Positions 24,814-38,149 are shown, counted from the whole stretch's first letter. The stretch: DNA of 52,315 bases, filler included, from Sphacelaria rigidula (GCA_964200075.2; 4 parts of 4 records of this genome joined end to end with filler, not necessarily neighbours in it), one strand, 5' to 3'. Notes: generated by a model from the letters alone, not told the origin. Made by a program: numbers and translations.

Positions 24814-26350
24814 CAATGGCCTAGAAAAGGTATACCTTCTCGTTTTTGCGCAACAACGGTACGAAAAATGGCCAGGAACGCGAAAACAGCCAAACACGCC
24901 TTTTTGACCGTCTTCGCCCCATATGTTTCAGGCACGTCATTCGGCGGGGCCGTTGGCAACCGGGACTAAGAAAAAAACGGACAAAAAGCATGTTACGCGA
25001 GAGATGTGAGCACGCGAAAACGGACATGTCGCCTCCAAAAACCCCTTCCCTTTTGCAGGCCACATTTCGCCGAGGTATACCTGATCTAGGTATTCTTTTT
25101 CAGTCGTACCTTATCTGGGCCACCGATCGGCCGAGAACATACCTCTGCTAGGCCATGGCTCTCTACACAGCGCCGGGGAGTCTACGTGCCAACTCCAACC
25201 ATGGCGCCTACACATTCGGCTCTTTTCCCGCTCATTAGCCGTTCATGGTCGCCACAACGACCACGCCCCCTTCTCCCCGGAAATGGTTCCCGAGTCTCTC
25301 CACATCGACACAAACTGGACTCACAACGCGTCGGTCTTTTGTCGTGCGGGAGGTTGTGGGACACACCGTATTGTTCCGATCTCGGGGCTAGTGTTACGGT
25401 CAAGCTGGGCTTTTTCGTCACCAACGGGCAGTCGTCGCTTCATCGATGGTTGGTTCAAGCAACGTATACAGTACTGGCGTTCACGCATATACCAACAGGA
25501 AGAGAACACTTGCGGCGTTCAGCACTACAGCACGCGTGCCCCCAACGAGAATGAACGGCACACGTGCACGGCAATCCCAAACTGCCAGTGTGAAAACATG
25601 TACTGCTTACAGCATAGGATATATTGCTTGTTGCAATAGGTTCGAGAGTCTACATTACACGCAGTATTCTTTTTGAGTCAGGGTGTGGGTTATTCGACGG
25701 GTAAACGCGGTGCGGGCGTGGTGACCCAGTCCGCGACACCCTCAATGCAAAGCGTGTACCGGAGGAGGAGTGGGTTCATCCCTCAAGACAACGGACTCGT
25801 CCCGAAATATGACTTACGTGCGTCTGTAATGTGACCACGGCTGCTGGATCCCTCGGGGGTCAGTCAAAGCACGTCAATCAATCAAATCAAATCACATCAA
25901 GTTGGCCTGAACCCTCGGACCGCGAGGGTAGTCCATCTGGATAATGCATTTTTCTTTCAAGTTAGACTGATGCCGATTCAACACAGGGTCTCAGGCGAGA
26001 GGGGGGTCTCGTCGACAACGTGTTGGTGCTCAATACAGTAACACTAGCCCCGAGATCGGAACAATACGGTGTGTCCCACAACCTCCCGCACGACAAAAGA
26101 CCGACGCGTNNNNNNNNNNNNNNNNNNNNNNNNNNNNNNNNNNNNNNNNNNNNTTAATTAATTAANNNNNNNNNNNNNNNNNNNNNNNNNNNNNNNNNNN
26201 NNNNNNNNNCCCCCCCTGAACGATGTGGGTGAAAACTCCGGAGCGAAAACGGTCAAAATGACGTGTTTGGCTGTTTTTGCGTTTCTGGTCATTTTTCGCA
26301 CCTTTCCTGGGCAAAAAACGAGAAGGTATACCTTTTTTTCTAGGCCACTG
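24814..26350. mobile_element. Long-inverted-repeat element with CA(A/G)TGGCCTAG ends (hAT-like, non-autonomous); spans a gap
   Basis: 24814-24920 is inverted relative to 26240-26350. A perfect ~71-bp inversion pairs 25326-25396 with 26039-26109. Related ends at ~12640 and ~24115. No TSD seen. Confidence 0.55.
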
Positions 26351-26825
26351 CCCGTTTTATTATTTCTCTCATGAAACTTCCACACGCGACCATTCGGCTA
26401 CCCCCTGAAATACTCTGTCCCGGTCAACTTTTCGAGCCTCCAGTGCGCGGCTCTCCAGAGGGGTGGGATCGAACGCCTCCAGAGGCTTGTTTTGCTTCTG
26501 GAGAGCCGCGCACCCTCTGGAGGAACTTGGAGGATGCGCAGCCCTCCAGAGCACCATCTTTTCTGTTACTCTTGAGGAATTCAGACCTCAGAAGTCACCA
26601 GAGCATCATATGCTCTCCCAAGGATTCGTTTTATGACCGGAACTGAGGATGAAATGCCCTTTAAGGGGTATTTTTATCCTCCGGAGGGTCACTTTACCGT
26701 CGAGAGGATGAAAATCGCGATAGAGGATGTTTATCGGGATAGCCGAATAGCCGCGGGTGGTCCTCTAGCTTGCCTTGTCGGGCATTCTTGCTCCGGTGTC
26801 TCAAGTTATATATATTATTATTATG

Positions 26826-27188
26826 TATCTCTTTTCGCACATTCGAAACGGCGTTCACCAGGTGAGAGGGTGATGCCTTCGGCTTCCTTCGGGTTTCATC
26901 AAAAGCTTTCCCCTACTTTCGTCGAACTCTCTCGAAATAGTGATAGAAGAGGGAACACGTCCATGAGAAGTAAAGTGCCGCCGCTGGTCTTTCGGGAAAA
27001 AATTCCCGCAGCTGGAAACGTTTTATAACAGAAAAATAGGAAATTTCATCGGCGAGAAACTCGCCGCCCCTTGCGAATTTCTCTAGAACTCGAAGAAAAC
27101 TCCCGCACCATCTTCCGAGATGAGGGATACAATGAAAAGCGATTTCCCCCACATGGTGAGAGCCGCTTCGAATGTACGAAAGGATGTA
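26826..27188. repeat. Degenerate foldback MITE in TA-rich sequence
   Basis: TTTCGCACATTCGAAACGGCG pairs imperfectly with GCCGCTTCGAATGTACGAAAG. Confidence 0.5.
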
Positions 27189-27707
27189 TATATATATATA
27201 TATATATTGCTTTTAAGACGCTCCCATTCACTGTAATATTGTTTTAACCCCCAGTATTTCATAATCCTCTGGTTTGGTCGCTGTTACTCACTCGACAGTA
27301 TTTGCAGCCCTCTGCAATTCTTTGGAGGGCTTGATTCACTGTTGCAAGCACCTCCAGAGGAATACATGCACTAGAGAGCTTTGTGACGAAAATACGCCGT
27401 CACGTTGAGTTGGTAGCGATCATATGGATAATGACTAGGGGCACGGAGATCCTGGAGGATTCTGGATAATGGTCGGGGACACGGAGATAGTATGTATCTT
27501 CAGATCTAGAAAGCTGGTGCCCTGGAAGGTCACTCCTGGATAAGGAGAACGTTGTAAAGGCTGACAACTGAAACTGAGGCCGCAGTAAGACTGGGGAGTC
27601 CCTCAACAGCAGTGATCCAACAGTGCTTTCACTGGCTGGTGTCATATCGATATTAGTGCTAGTGCTAGTGTTAGTGCTAGAAATCTGCTGAACAGGATTT
27701 CGGGGGA

Positions 27708-29417
27708 GTGAATCTGGCAGCTGGGGACAACCTGACATCACGGACGCGTGACGGGGGTTCAAGCTGGTGGTGGCTGCAGAAAGGCGGCTGGTCTGTGGTT
27801 GATCCAGACTGGAGACTTGCTGAAGCTGCGTGCAGCGGGAGTTTGAAGGCTCCTACGACTGTGTGGTGCGGCGACGAAGCAAGGAAAGTGAAATTCGAGA
27901 AGGTCCTCTGGCCTGCAGAGGTTCGCAGGTAGCCGGTGACAGCTACAGCTATGGCTACCGGCTCACGAGGCACGTTCACCGTGACACCCGTGGTCATGCG
28001 GGAAGAATTGCGTCTTCCCCAATACGGGAACAGGTACTCAGAGAGGTATTTGGAACACAAGAAGCGTGTGGAGCACGCTAATGCAGGGAGTGCCGTGCGG
28101 CGTCAGGTGGTTACAATGGCTCAACAAGTGCCAACTCATGTATAGAGAGTGTTCGCTCGCTTGGAACATAATGAGAGCACTCTCACCTCGCCGCAATGGG
28201 TTGCGGCGATCAAAAAGCATGCTGGGCATGCGGCGGGCGCCGAGGTAGATCTGACCCAAGCGTTCGCGGCCGTGGCAAAAGCTGTCGCAATGCGTTCTCG
28301 GGGGAAAACGATGTTGAAGCATGTGGAGCCCGCCTTCACCAATTTGGAGAAGTACTTCACGGCAAATCCGAACGTAGAACTAGTATATCGTTCCCCCGAT
28401 GGTGAGTCCATTCCCGGCCCGGCAGCAGTGATCACTAAGGCCTCGATGGAGGGGTTGGCACCGGAAAATTTCAAGAAAACCGTGCAGCACCAAACATATT
28501 GGAAGGACGACCCGTCCCTGGTGATGAGCACCGTCATAGCCGAGGCCAAGCAGTGGCGGAAAATAGAGGCGTTCGGCCAGTCGTCCACCTCTTCGCCGAA
28601 ATCTTTGCGCGACAATTGCTCAAAATCGGCTGGTCACGCCGCGAGTATTACTTGCCACCGCTGTGACCAGGTCGGCCATTACGCGCGCGATTGCCCAACG
28701 TCTTCCGGTGGAGAGCCTGGGCAGTCTAGTGCCGCGCGCCATCAGCATCGTCAGCACAAGGGCAAAATATGAGGTAATCGTGGTGGTGGCGGCGGCGGAT
28801 CCTCCGGCGATGGAGGGTCGCAGGCGAGCCCTCAGCAGCAGCCACAGCAGCAGCAGAATCAGCAGCAGCAGGGGCAGCGGCGTCAGCATGAGCCTCGCTC
28901 TGGGTCCGGCGCCACCGTAGGTGCTGTTGCTCCGCAGCGGGCGGTGCAGGTAGGCCCGACTTCTACAGAGTCGAACACTGCGCCGGCGCCGGTAGTGGCG
29001 CCGGCGGCGACACCGGCAGCAGCGCCAGGCGCGACGCCTGTTGACACGCTGGCCGGAGGGTCGCCAAATTCTTGGTTTGCTGGGTGGGGGGCCTACCCGC
29101 CGGCGGTGCCGTTTGAACCTGCCGGGGCGTCTTCGCCTGCGCAGCTTGCGCAGCCGTGGCGTCAAGTGGAATTAGCGGCGCATAGGTCAGCGGACGAAGT
29201 TCCCGTGGAGCTTGCCGACAGACACATTCCGGCGGAGTTACGTCTTCCGAATCAACGGCAGCGTGGAGCCATTGTGGTTCGGTATGTGTTGGATTCTGGC
29301 GCTCATTTCACTAGTCTACCGGTACAGATGGTTGAGATGCTGGAGCCTTGGGCGAGAGTGGCCCGCTATCTTCCCAAGGTTTGTCGGAGGATGCTGGGTT
29401 TCGCTACATTTTGGTAA
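27708..29417 (+). pseudogene. gag: gag-protease reading frame with three in-frame stops
   Basis: ORFs 27708, 27936, 28149 and 28944 share one frame. Contains zinc knuckle CHRCDQVGHYARDC and aspartic protease motif VLDSGAHFTS. Confidence 0.85.
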
Positions 29418-30186
29418 TCATGGATGGTTTGAGCAAACTGTGTTGTACTGGAACCAGTAGCAGTGTGTACTGCTGAGTCGACCGCTGCATCTTTGCTGAA
29501 TTGGTGCAAAACTTTGGGGGTGCCGCGTGTGTTGGTGAGTGATACCGTCACGCATTTCAAGAATGCGATCGTGGCCCGATTGCGAGAGGCTTTGCGCGTT
29601 GATCACCTGTTTGCGGTAGCGTGTTCTCCGTGGTCTACCGGTACCTGCGAACGCATGGTCAAGGAAGTAGTTTGTGCTCTTCGCTCTATTATTCTCGAGC
29701 AGCGTAGAGCGGTTTCAGAGTGGGTGGACGTGTTGCCGGCGGTGACATGGGCGCTTAATACAGCGTATCGTCGTCGTTACGATAGTACGCCGTACCACGT
29801 GGTGTTTGGCCGTGCCCGTCGGACGTCTTTCTCGGTGCTGGCATCTTCGTCGGCGTGGGAATGGAAGTGTGATGTTTTGGACAATGTTCAAATTAAGAGT
29901 GCATTGCAAGGAGTCTTGGACTTGCAAGAACGTTCCACGTTCAAGTGCAGGAAGTGTTGCCGCTGAACGTGCGGGTAGACGCCAGGGGTCCTTGTCGGAG
30001 CTGGAATTGCCGAATTTTGAGGTAGGCGACTATGTCTTGTATGGACGCGTGCGTCGTCCGGGTGTTACGCCCAAGATGATGGCGACTTGGACTGGTCCAT
30101 GGAGAGTGGTTGGTGCTCACCAGCCGCACGTGTTTGAGATCCAGAGCTTTGTTTCGGGTCGTGTTCAGACCGCCCATGTAGCGTGC
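29411..30186 (+). pseudogene. Frameshifted retroviral-type integrase (rve core plus GPY/F-like tail)
   Basis: DDE triad in LVIMDGLS, GVPRVLVSD and PWSTGTCERMVKEV, followed by FEVGDYVL...WTGPWRVV...HV. Confidence 0.85.
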
Positions 30187-30445
30187 TGTGACGAAAATAC
30201 GCCGTCACGTTGCGTCGGTAGTGAACACATGGATAATGACTAGGGGCACGGAGATTCTGGATGATTCTGGATAATGACCGGGGACACGGAGATGGTATTA
30301 TCTGCAGGTCTAGAAAGCTGGTGCCCTGGAAGATCACTCCTGGGTAATGAGGATGTTGTAAAGGCTGACAACTGAAATTGGGGACTCCCTCAACAGCAGT
30401 GATCGAACAGTGCTTTCACTGGCTGGCGTCACAGCTTCCACGTAA

Positions 30446-30856
30446 CAGACAATTCTATAAAATAAGGTTGTACACTAAAATGAGCTTCAAGCCCCAAACA
30501 GTGCTCTCCCCCACACTTTCGGCGATGATGGCCGACGACGTTTTTGTCGGCCTAATGCCCCTTGATCGCGTAGATACTTTTTCAGCGCATTTTACCTACT
30601 CTGTGAGCTTACAGCGCTGACCGAAACCGCCAGTTTTCCTCACTTTTGAGGGGGGTGATACCAGGGAAAATGCCGGTTTCGGTAACCGCTGTAAGCTCAC
30701 AGAGTAGGTAAAATGCGCTGGAAAAGTATCTACGCGATCAAGGGGCATTAGGCCGACAAAAGTGTCATTGTTCATCATCGCTGTAAGTGTGGGGAAAGCA
30801 CTGTTTTGGTCTTGAAGCTCATTTTAGTGTACAACCTCATTTTATGGAATTGTCTG
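30446..30856. mobile_element. Foldback MITE with ~185-bp arms and TAA TSD (PIF/Harbinger Tourist-like)
   Basis: TAA|CAGACAATTC ... GAATTGTCTG|TAA. The arms are near-perfect reverse complements around a ~40-bp spacer. Confidence 0.8.
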
Positions 30857-31285
30857 TAACATGTTGCATAGAGTATATATACATAACTATTTTCAAGTCG
30901 CGACTAGGAAATAGCATTACCCATATATAGTATATATATATAGAATATTTCGAACTCACGAGCGTCAAGCGTACTTCGTAACGAGGCGTCCACGAGATTC
31001 ACTGCTGATTTTAGTGTGCAAGTTGCTCCGCACCCGCCCCGGGAGATGACTACTTGGACCAATGCCAATTCTAGGGGTCCGGTTAGCGGATTCGTACTTT
31101 TCTTTGAGCGGGGGTACACATGCGTTTGCGACCGTTTGAACGGACGCGCGATCGCGGTGGTCCTGCAATGTTTCCGGCGGGCATGAACATTTCGAGAGAG
31201 GGTCTTTTCTCACGAGGGCTTGGCAAGGCAAGAATACCGAGACCTCGAAAAAGACAGACGGGCCTGTACATACATATATATATAT

Positions 31286-31783
31286 CACACCCTGCACAAT
31301 ACAATATGTTTCCAATATATATTAGTCGATGATATTGGAGTTTTGCGATATATTGTCGGTGTAATATATATTGGTACCCTTAGACTGCACATGTATTGTG
31401 CGCCCAATATATATTGATGTCGTGGGAATGCATACATATTGCCCGCCCAATATATATGATTGGTAGTATTGGGTTGAACACATATTGTCCCATCAATATA
31501 TATTGGGGCAGCATGGGCGACAGCATTTTGCACGACCAATATATATTAGCGTCACATTGATGAGAACATATTGACCTGTCAATATATATTGGGTCTGCGT
31601 GGGTGACAACGCATTGGCCGATCAATATATATATATATATATATAAGATATTATAAGTATCGTGTACGCTCTAGGAGAGATGCAGACGCGATTGATGCCG
31701 GAGCCTGTGCAGATTGGGAAAAGCTTTAAAGGGAGCCGCAGAAGTTTGCGTGCATTACTCCGGAAAGTTGTCGAATACGTTTG

Positions 31784-31820
<37 letters not shown>

Positions 31821-32916
31821 CTGGTTAGAAAATATAGTGACAGAATACCTACAGGATACCTGTCTGGCCACCGGTGCGGGGCCGCCCACCCCCTTTCCAA
31901 CATGTAATATAAATATCTTGGCTGAACATCACGACGACAGGAAACGCGGGTCGATACGCGCCTTTTGGTACCCCTGTGGTCACCGGGGCTGTGTTGCTTA
32001 TACCCTGGACAACATAATATGTTCCAATATGATATCAATACTTTGTATTGGAGCCAGCGCAAATAATGTCCTTTAAATATATTTTGTGTTGAGATGTCCG
32101 CGGAGATATTGAAGCAACATCATATGTTATTGCTCGTGTCATGATTATGAAGTAATGTATGTCAATATATAGTGGACATGCAGTTGCTCCGAGAATAAAA
32201 CATTCAATATATATTGTGCATGCCGGCCGTGTATGTATTGAAGTGTCAATATATATTGAGTCGAGGTGATGCGTAGCATATTGTTACCATGATATATATT
32301 GTACGGAAACCATGCAGAAGTAATGTTTTTCCAATATAGATTGCGCACGCTGATCGGATAGCTATTGTGCAGCCAATATATATTAAATACGCTTGCGGAG
32401 GAATACATTGAGCATTTTCGGCATGTAAAATACGTCTTTGAATGGCGCCCGCGAACAAAGAACTGCGCACCATACTAATTCCATTACACTTTCCAATCTA
32501 TGTTGAAAATCAATATATTTTGCTACGCCAACATGTTTTGTGACCATCGGTTCCCTCGTGTATTGTCCGCCCAACATATTGGGGCGGCAATATACATTGG
32601 CGCTTCAGGTGTCGAGTATATTGAATCGTCAATATATGTTGACCTTAGGTGGCAGCAAAGATATTACTCCACAAATATATAGTGGTGCCTTTTTGCACCA
32701 ACATATTACTCGACCAATATATATTGAGGTGGCACGTGTCGTGATATATTGTTTGGTCGATATATACTGCATGTCGCGAGCCTTGACATATTGATGGCAC
32801 AATATATATTGACCCTCTCGTATCATCATATTGCTCGCCCAATATATATTGACCACCCGACGCGTCGATATATTGAGCGGGCAATATGTATTACATATTA
32901 TTTTGTCCAGGGTGTG
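31286..32916. mobile_element. CAC...GTG-terminated non-autonomous DNA transposon(s) with arrays of CAATATATATTG palindromes
   Basis: Ends CACACCCTG(C/G)ACAA.A.AATATGT and ACATATTATTTTGTCCAGGGTGTG, set in (TA)n. A second left end lies at ~31999. Related ends at 44463 and ~25680. Confidence 0.7.
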
Positions 32917-34425
32917 ATATATATATATATATATCCTCGAGAGTCTGTAACAATTTGCTCTACAAGAACTTTGGGCGGGGGGGGAGGAGGGTACTCATTT
33001 GTTGCTTAGTCGTTTGACCATTGACCACGCATCCCTTTCGAGATGGAGCACCGTTCCTACTCCTAGTCGAGACACCTCCAATATTTTGGCGCTATGGGGT
33101 GGGGGGTGGGGGGGAATTGACCACGTGTGTGCTCTTAATACAGCAATGAGGCAAGTGCCCGTGATGAAGCATTGATCATGACACATTTGAACAACACATA
33201 ACAGGAAGACATCGCGTCGGTCAAGCTTTCAAATTGTTATCGTGTACTACTTGTATTGTGGGTCTCCTACAGCTTGCCGAGAGGCAAGAGGGGCAAGGAT
33301 ATCAGTGCAAGTGAAACGATAACAAGGATCAGATGCAAAAGGGCCAGCTACACGAGCAACATCAACAACTTTCATGTCAGCCTGGGCGCCTTGTCTATAT
33401 GGGGAGTGAAAGTAGTAAAGACATTGATGAGTGATACCAAAATTTCCGTTGAGCTCGCACTGTACGCTGCAAGGTCAAAGCAGATAGAAGCAAGACACGT
33501 GTGGCGACTGTCGCCTTAGGCGTTCGATTGAGCGGACCTAAAATTGCGCATGTCAATGCCGTGTATCGCTCTACCGGAGGATGGACAGCATCAACTGGTC
33601 GCAACGACTTCTGACTGGAATCATCAATTCAACCCAACGATATATTCATCTAGGGTGGTGCGTGCGCTGCGCCGAGACATGGCTTTCCGTGGGTTGGACC
33701 CCCACACTGGCCTTGAGCAAAGCTTCCGAGCGCTCGAGGCGCCTACCCCGTACGACTGCCGCGCGGAGGTGTAGCCGAGCCTCTGGATAATTGTTGGATG
33801 AGGTTCTCCCCTTTCCTCAAGGAGAAAAAACGACGTACCTAATTCATGAGATTACTTCGAACAACTTCCAGGGTCGCGGGAACGGCACCATACTACTTGA
33901 AAGTGCATATTCGCCCCACTTGTGTACCGACATGATTCAAAGCTTCCACTGACTACAATTCCGCGCTCCAAAATTTAAGCGAAACTACAACTAACTATGC
34001 ATCGTAATCATCACACGCCTCATGTCTCGCGAAATGCGGTCGCAGAAACCGCTGGAAATATACCCGCGTATGTCATTTTCCCCCCAAAGCAAGAGAGTCT
34101 TCACCTATTGTGCACACGAAAACAATCCGGATATTTACTGTTGGGAGACTATCGTGACAAGCGATAGAGCACGCGTTTTCATCCGACAGAAAATAATTCG
34201 TAGTCTCTCATTGACCCGGAAGATTTTAGACCAAGGTTTTCGAAAGTCAGTGACCTGCACTCTATCCTAAGGAACAGCGTAAAACACATGTCAAACCTAC
34301 CTGGGTATTGCTTCAACACAGATCTGTCGAAGGCCACGCTCTGGACGCGTCACCAGGGTTTCGCCTACCCAAACTGGCGAAAACACCCTGGGAAATCAGA
34401 CCGCTAATATTCCATATTTTTCGTA

Positions 34426-35073
34426 TTATCCCAAAACTTGCGTGAACGTCTCAAGAACACTGATGGCCGCACCCAGCAACCCCATAACTACCCCGGTCAC
34501 CACGATGCCGTTATTGAGCGCGATCTCGCGGCGCACACCGGCAACGAGCTTCGATCCTCCGGCAACGACCTTCTTGCGCAGCACACGCAATATCATCATC
34601 GACGGGAATATGTACACGATCGCAGATCCAATCAGCGCACCGCAGAACGAGTTCACGAACCCGAGGTCTGTGATCCCCAGCGACACCGCGGACGTCAGAG
34701 CAACAAGCCCCGCGGTCCAAGCAGTGCGGCCTTTCGTCTCTTCCGGGCGGACCCCACGCATCTCCCGAATTCCATCCCGCAGCCCCACGAAGCACAAAGG
34801 GTACGAGAAAACGATGCTGACGGAGACGAAGATGCGGGCGAGCGCGGCCAACCGGTCTGAGTTGGCGTAGTTGTTGAGGATGTAGCCGCTGGAGGCGCCC
34901 CCGAAGGTGAGGAAGCCGAAGGCCGTGACGGCGGCAAGAGTCGCGACGGATAGAAAGAAGCTCGCCGAGACCATCTTGGTGTACCGCGGGACCGTGTTAT
35001 CCTTGAGTTCGCGGTAGAAAAGCGGCGCGTTGAAGTGGGCTTCGTATGCTGTGGAGAGCATGGAGACCAGCAC
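34426..35073 (-). CDS. Amino-acid transporter, terminal exon
   Basis: cag acceptor, then VLVSMLSTAYEAHFNAP.FY.EL...GFLTFG....YILNNY...FSYPL...YIFP. Several TM helices, TAA stop at 34426. Confidence 0.92.
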   Translation of the reverse strand: MLVSMLSTAYEAHFNAPLFYRELKDNTVPRYTKMVSASFFLSVATLAAVTAFGFLTFGGASSGYILNNYANSDRLAALARIFVSVSIVFSYPLCFVGLRDGIREMRGVRPEETKGRTAWTAGLVALTSAVSLGITDLGFVNSFCGALIGSAIVYIFPSMMILRVLRKKVVAGGSKLVAGVRREIALNNGIVVTGVVMGLLGAAISVLETFTQVLG

Positions 35074-35618
35074 CTGACGAGTTTGTGAGTTTCGACGGTA
35101 TGGAGGCCGATGGAATACAATGCAAGACAGGTCTAGGTTGAGAAAACGGGAGTTCAGTTGGTAATCAGGAGGGGAAGAGCGAGTAAAACGGAGAACATAG
35201 CGATGTTCAGGATACGGGTCTGATATCTTCTGTTCGTTGCAAGCCATGAAATTTTGTAACGAGTGATTGGCCGTTGACCATGCGCTCTAAGAAGTCATGC
35301 AGCAGAGCTACGGTTACCGCCATACGACCACACGCTTCTGCGACGTACAGGCAACGCAACACCACACACCTACAGCAGCCATCGTGCTCACGTACACACT
35401 AGATCAATAAGGAAGCGCACGAGATGTGGCACCCATCCCACACGGGTCAATGTTTCATTTACCGAAACACCCACATGAAAGCAAGCATACTACATAGCAG
35501 AGCTGCGTGCAAACGTGGTTTACGTCAAACACTGGATGATGGTAAATACCTCTCTCCTCATGGCATGGGTTAGGTACCCCAATTCAACTGCACTCTCTAG
35601 GGAGATCGGACAACACAC

Positions 35619-35800
35619 CAGGAAACGGATCGGATTGGCACCCTTGGTCCCGAATACCGGAGCCCCGCCCGCCGGTAGCATGTTGTAGAAGCGTCCACCA
35701 ATCGCGTAGGACCCGTCGAAAAATCGGATTCCCATCATTACTGCCGTGTATAACATCCCCAACGCACCCAACATGCTCGTGAATCCGAGGGACTTGAGAC
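35619..35800 (-). CDS. Amino-acid transporter, exon C
   Basis: A+GT gives S, then LKSLGFTSMLGALGMLYTAVMMGIRFFDGSY...NPIRFL. Phases match both neighbouring exons. Confidence 0.9.
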
Positions 35801-36316
35801 CTAGGGAACGGCATGCAACGGATGCAAGGAAACGGACGACGTGATTTTTTACGCTCACCCTATTGGTTTTGCAAAGAGTAATGTCCACAGCTCAACGTGG
35901 CACTGAGCGGGGCGGGGGGAGGGAAGAGCCAAGGCTCGACACGGCTAGCTCGCCACCAAATATCTTTCGCTTCAATCTCCCTCAGCACTTCTCAACGCGT
36001 ATCTGGCTACTGCAGTGTAGAGGCGGGGCTTGTCACGGTCCGAAGAGGGCGTGCTTCAGGGAAAACACAAGAAGTGAAAGCGAACGACGAAGGCAACTTG
36101 CGCATGTGCACTTGACACTGCTCGACAGATACATCTATCAGCTCATCAGCATGAAAGGCGAGCTAACTTCGCCAAACCTCTTCAGCATGACCATACGACT
36201 GCAGAATAACGATGTAGATCTAGATTTATCGTGGCTCAAGCCATCACCAGCCACCAGTGTACGAAAATTTTGAACACAATAACAACTGTACTCAACATCA
36301 ACGACAATAATCTCAC

Positions 36317-36648
36317 TCTTCAGTAGCGAAAGTGGCAGAAGAACGGCGGCGGACATAGCCACAATGATATTCGAGCGGTTTGCAACCATCGCAGGCGCTC
36401 CAAATGTCTTTGCCAAGGCCGAAAAGCTGTCGCCTATGATGATGGTGTAGGCAAGGCAGCCGGCGAAGCACGTGGCTACGCAGCTGCCTGCCGGCAACCA
36501 CGCAGACTTCTCGCCCACGGTTTTCCCCCAAGACTGCTCGTACGAGTCAGCGTCTGTCGTGGCGCATACACGGCCGAGGAGAATAAAGGTGTAGGCACAT
36601 ATAGCGCCCATAGTTGCGATGATGGCAGCGGCTGGCACGATGGCGCTC
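36317..36648 (-). CDS. Amino-acid transporter, exon B
   Basis: Phase-2 acceptor (AG+G gives R). SAIVPAAAIIATMGAICAYTFILLGRVC...YTIIIGDSF...LLPLSLLK, ending at a gtgaga donor in phase 1. Confidence 0.9.
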
Positions 36649-37218
36649 CTGTGACAGTTTTTCGTCGGTTTGGGCGAGGGGGAAGGGGAAGGGTGGGAAA
36701 GACGTCAACGTTGGCGGGCGCTCCTTCCACAGTTTGTTCATGTCGTGGGAAGAAAAGCAGCGCCCACGAGGGGCAAACGGGTGGATGAGCCAAGAGAGAC
36801 GGTGAGATGATGGCCCTGTTGTTCAGAAGTCACACCCGAGTTCGTTATCCATACCGCCTTGCAATGCCATGTCTATCATACCATGTTCCACATCAACGCG
36901 CGCCATCGAAGTACACTGCTTGCCCCCGTACCAAACTGCACTCCCGTCCCCCGAATATAGACATGTGAACTACCGTAGATGAGATGGGTAGAGTATCCCA
37001 GGTAAGAGTGTTTTGTGATGAGACGTGAGGGTGTTAGAGTACCTCCATGTTGAAATAGTGCGATTTTCAGACGCTCAGGAAAGACAATGAACCGTCAGCC
37101 CTGAGCTTGTGGCCAGCTGGTGTCATAAAACCACACACTTCCACTACAACCTCTTCTGCGGTCTCCGAGCACGAAAATCAACCCCTTCGATGTCGGCTAC
37201 CAATTTCGATTAGCGTAC

Positions 37219-37340
37219 CTGTTGTCGGAGAAGGCTGCGACTCCATTTGGCAGAGACAGAACTCCCGCACCCACGATGTTTTTCACCAAATTAAACACCG
37301 ACTGGGAGACAGTTGACTTGTCGGCTTCGTCGTTGATCAC
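37219..37340 (-). CDS. Amino-acid transporter (Aa_trans / SLC38-like, AAAP family), exon A
   Basis: tag acceptor and gtacgc donor. VINDEADKSTVSQSVFNLVKNIVGAGVLSLPNGVAAFSDN carries the family TM1 motif (FNL.K.IVGAGVLSLP). Not present in the ORF track. Start exon not found. Confidence 0.9.
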
Positions 37341-38149
37341 CTATGATCAGTATGCGACGGCAGTGAGCCGACCTGTGAACAAATAATTACATTTTGTGGA
37401 ATTCGCACTTTCCGACAGAGCGGTGGTGTGCTACGTGCATGCATGCTGTATTTTTCTCCTTAGCTCTGCATAGTTCCGAGGATCTGAATAGATGACAGCA
37501 CCGGAATTTGGGAACCATATAGCCTTGTCATCATACACCGGTCCAGCGCCCCGAGGCCCTGCAGGATCATGGAGAGGAAATACTGGCCAGCCATGCGCGT
37601 ACGTACAGATTAAAGGTCGACTTGTAATTGTTTTAGGGGGCGCGCAGCGGATGTTACGCGAGTTTGTCTTCCCACGTCTTGGTGGTAGTGCGAACGATGG
37701 CATGCGCATGATGAGAAGGCCGACAGTCCAAGGCGGTCTGCCAGCGTGCGCCGCACCTGTTTTAGCTCAAGGCGACGCCTGTTGGGCTCTGTTAAAGCGC
37801 ACCTTGCCAAGATCCTACGGGCGAAAGTCGACGAAGCGTGGGGATGCTGATCCACTATGCGATACCAATGTGTCAGGTGTATACGGGGGAAAGATGGGCT
37901 GATCCCTCGAGGCTGCGTGCTCATCCCGAGGATTTTTCTTGCCGCACTTCGAACCCCCCTCCTTCCTCGAGACGAGTCCGTGGTCTCAAAGGATCAACCC
38001 GTCTCTCCCCGGCACACGGCTTGCACTTGAATATCCCGGGTTGGGTTAGCATTCCCACACCGTGTCAACTCTTGTCAAACACACTAAGTTAACCAACTTC
38101 TTGTTTCATCACGTACTGACGCTTTCGATGGTGGGAATCAAATACTTCC

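Larger units (their letters stand above)
27382..30433 (+). mobile_element. Ty3/Gypsy LTR retrotransposon, internally deleted and non-autonomous
   Basis: LTRs at 27382-27646 and 30187-30433 (TGTGAC...GTCA[T/C]A) with a GCTT TSD on both sides. Contains Gag with a CCHC knuckle, a protease motif and an integrase. No RT or RNase H. Confidence 0.9.
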
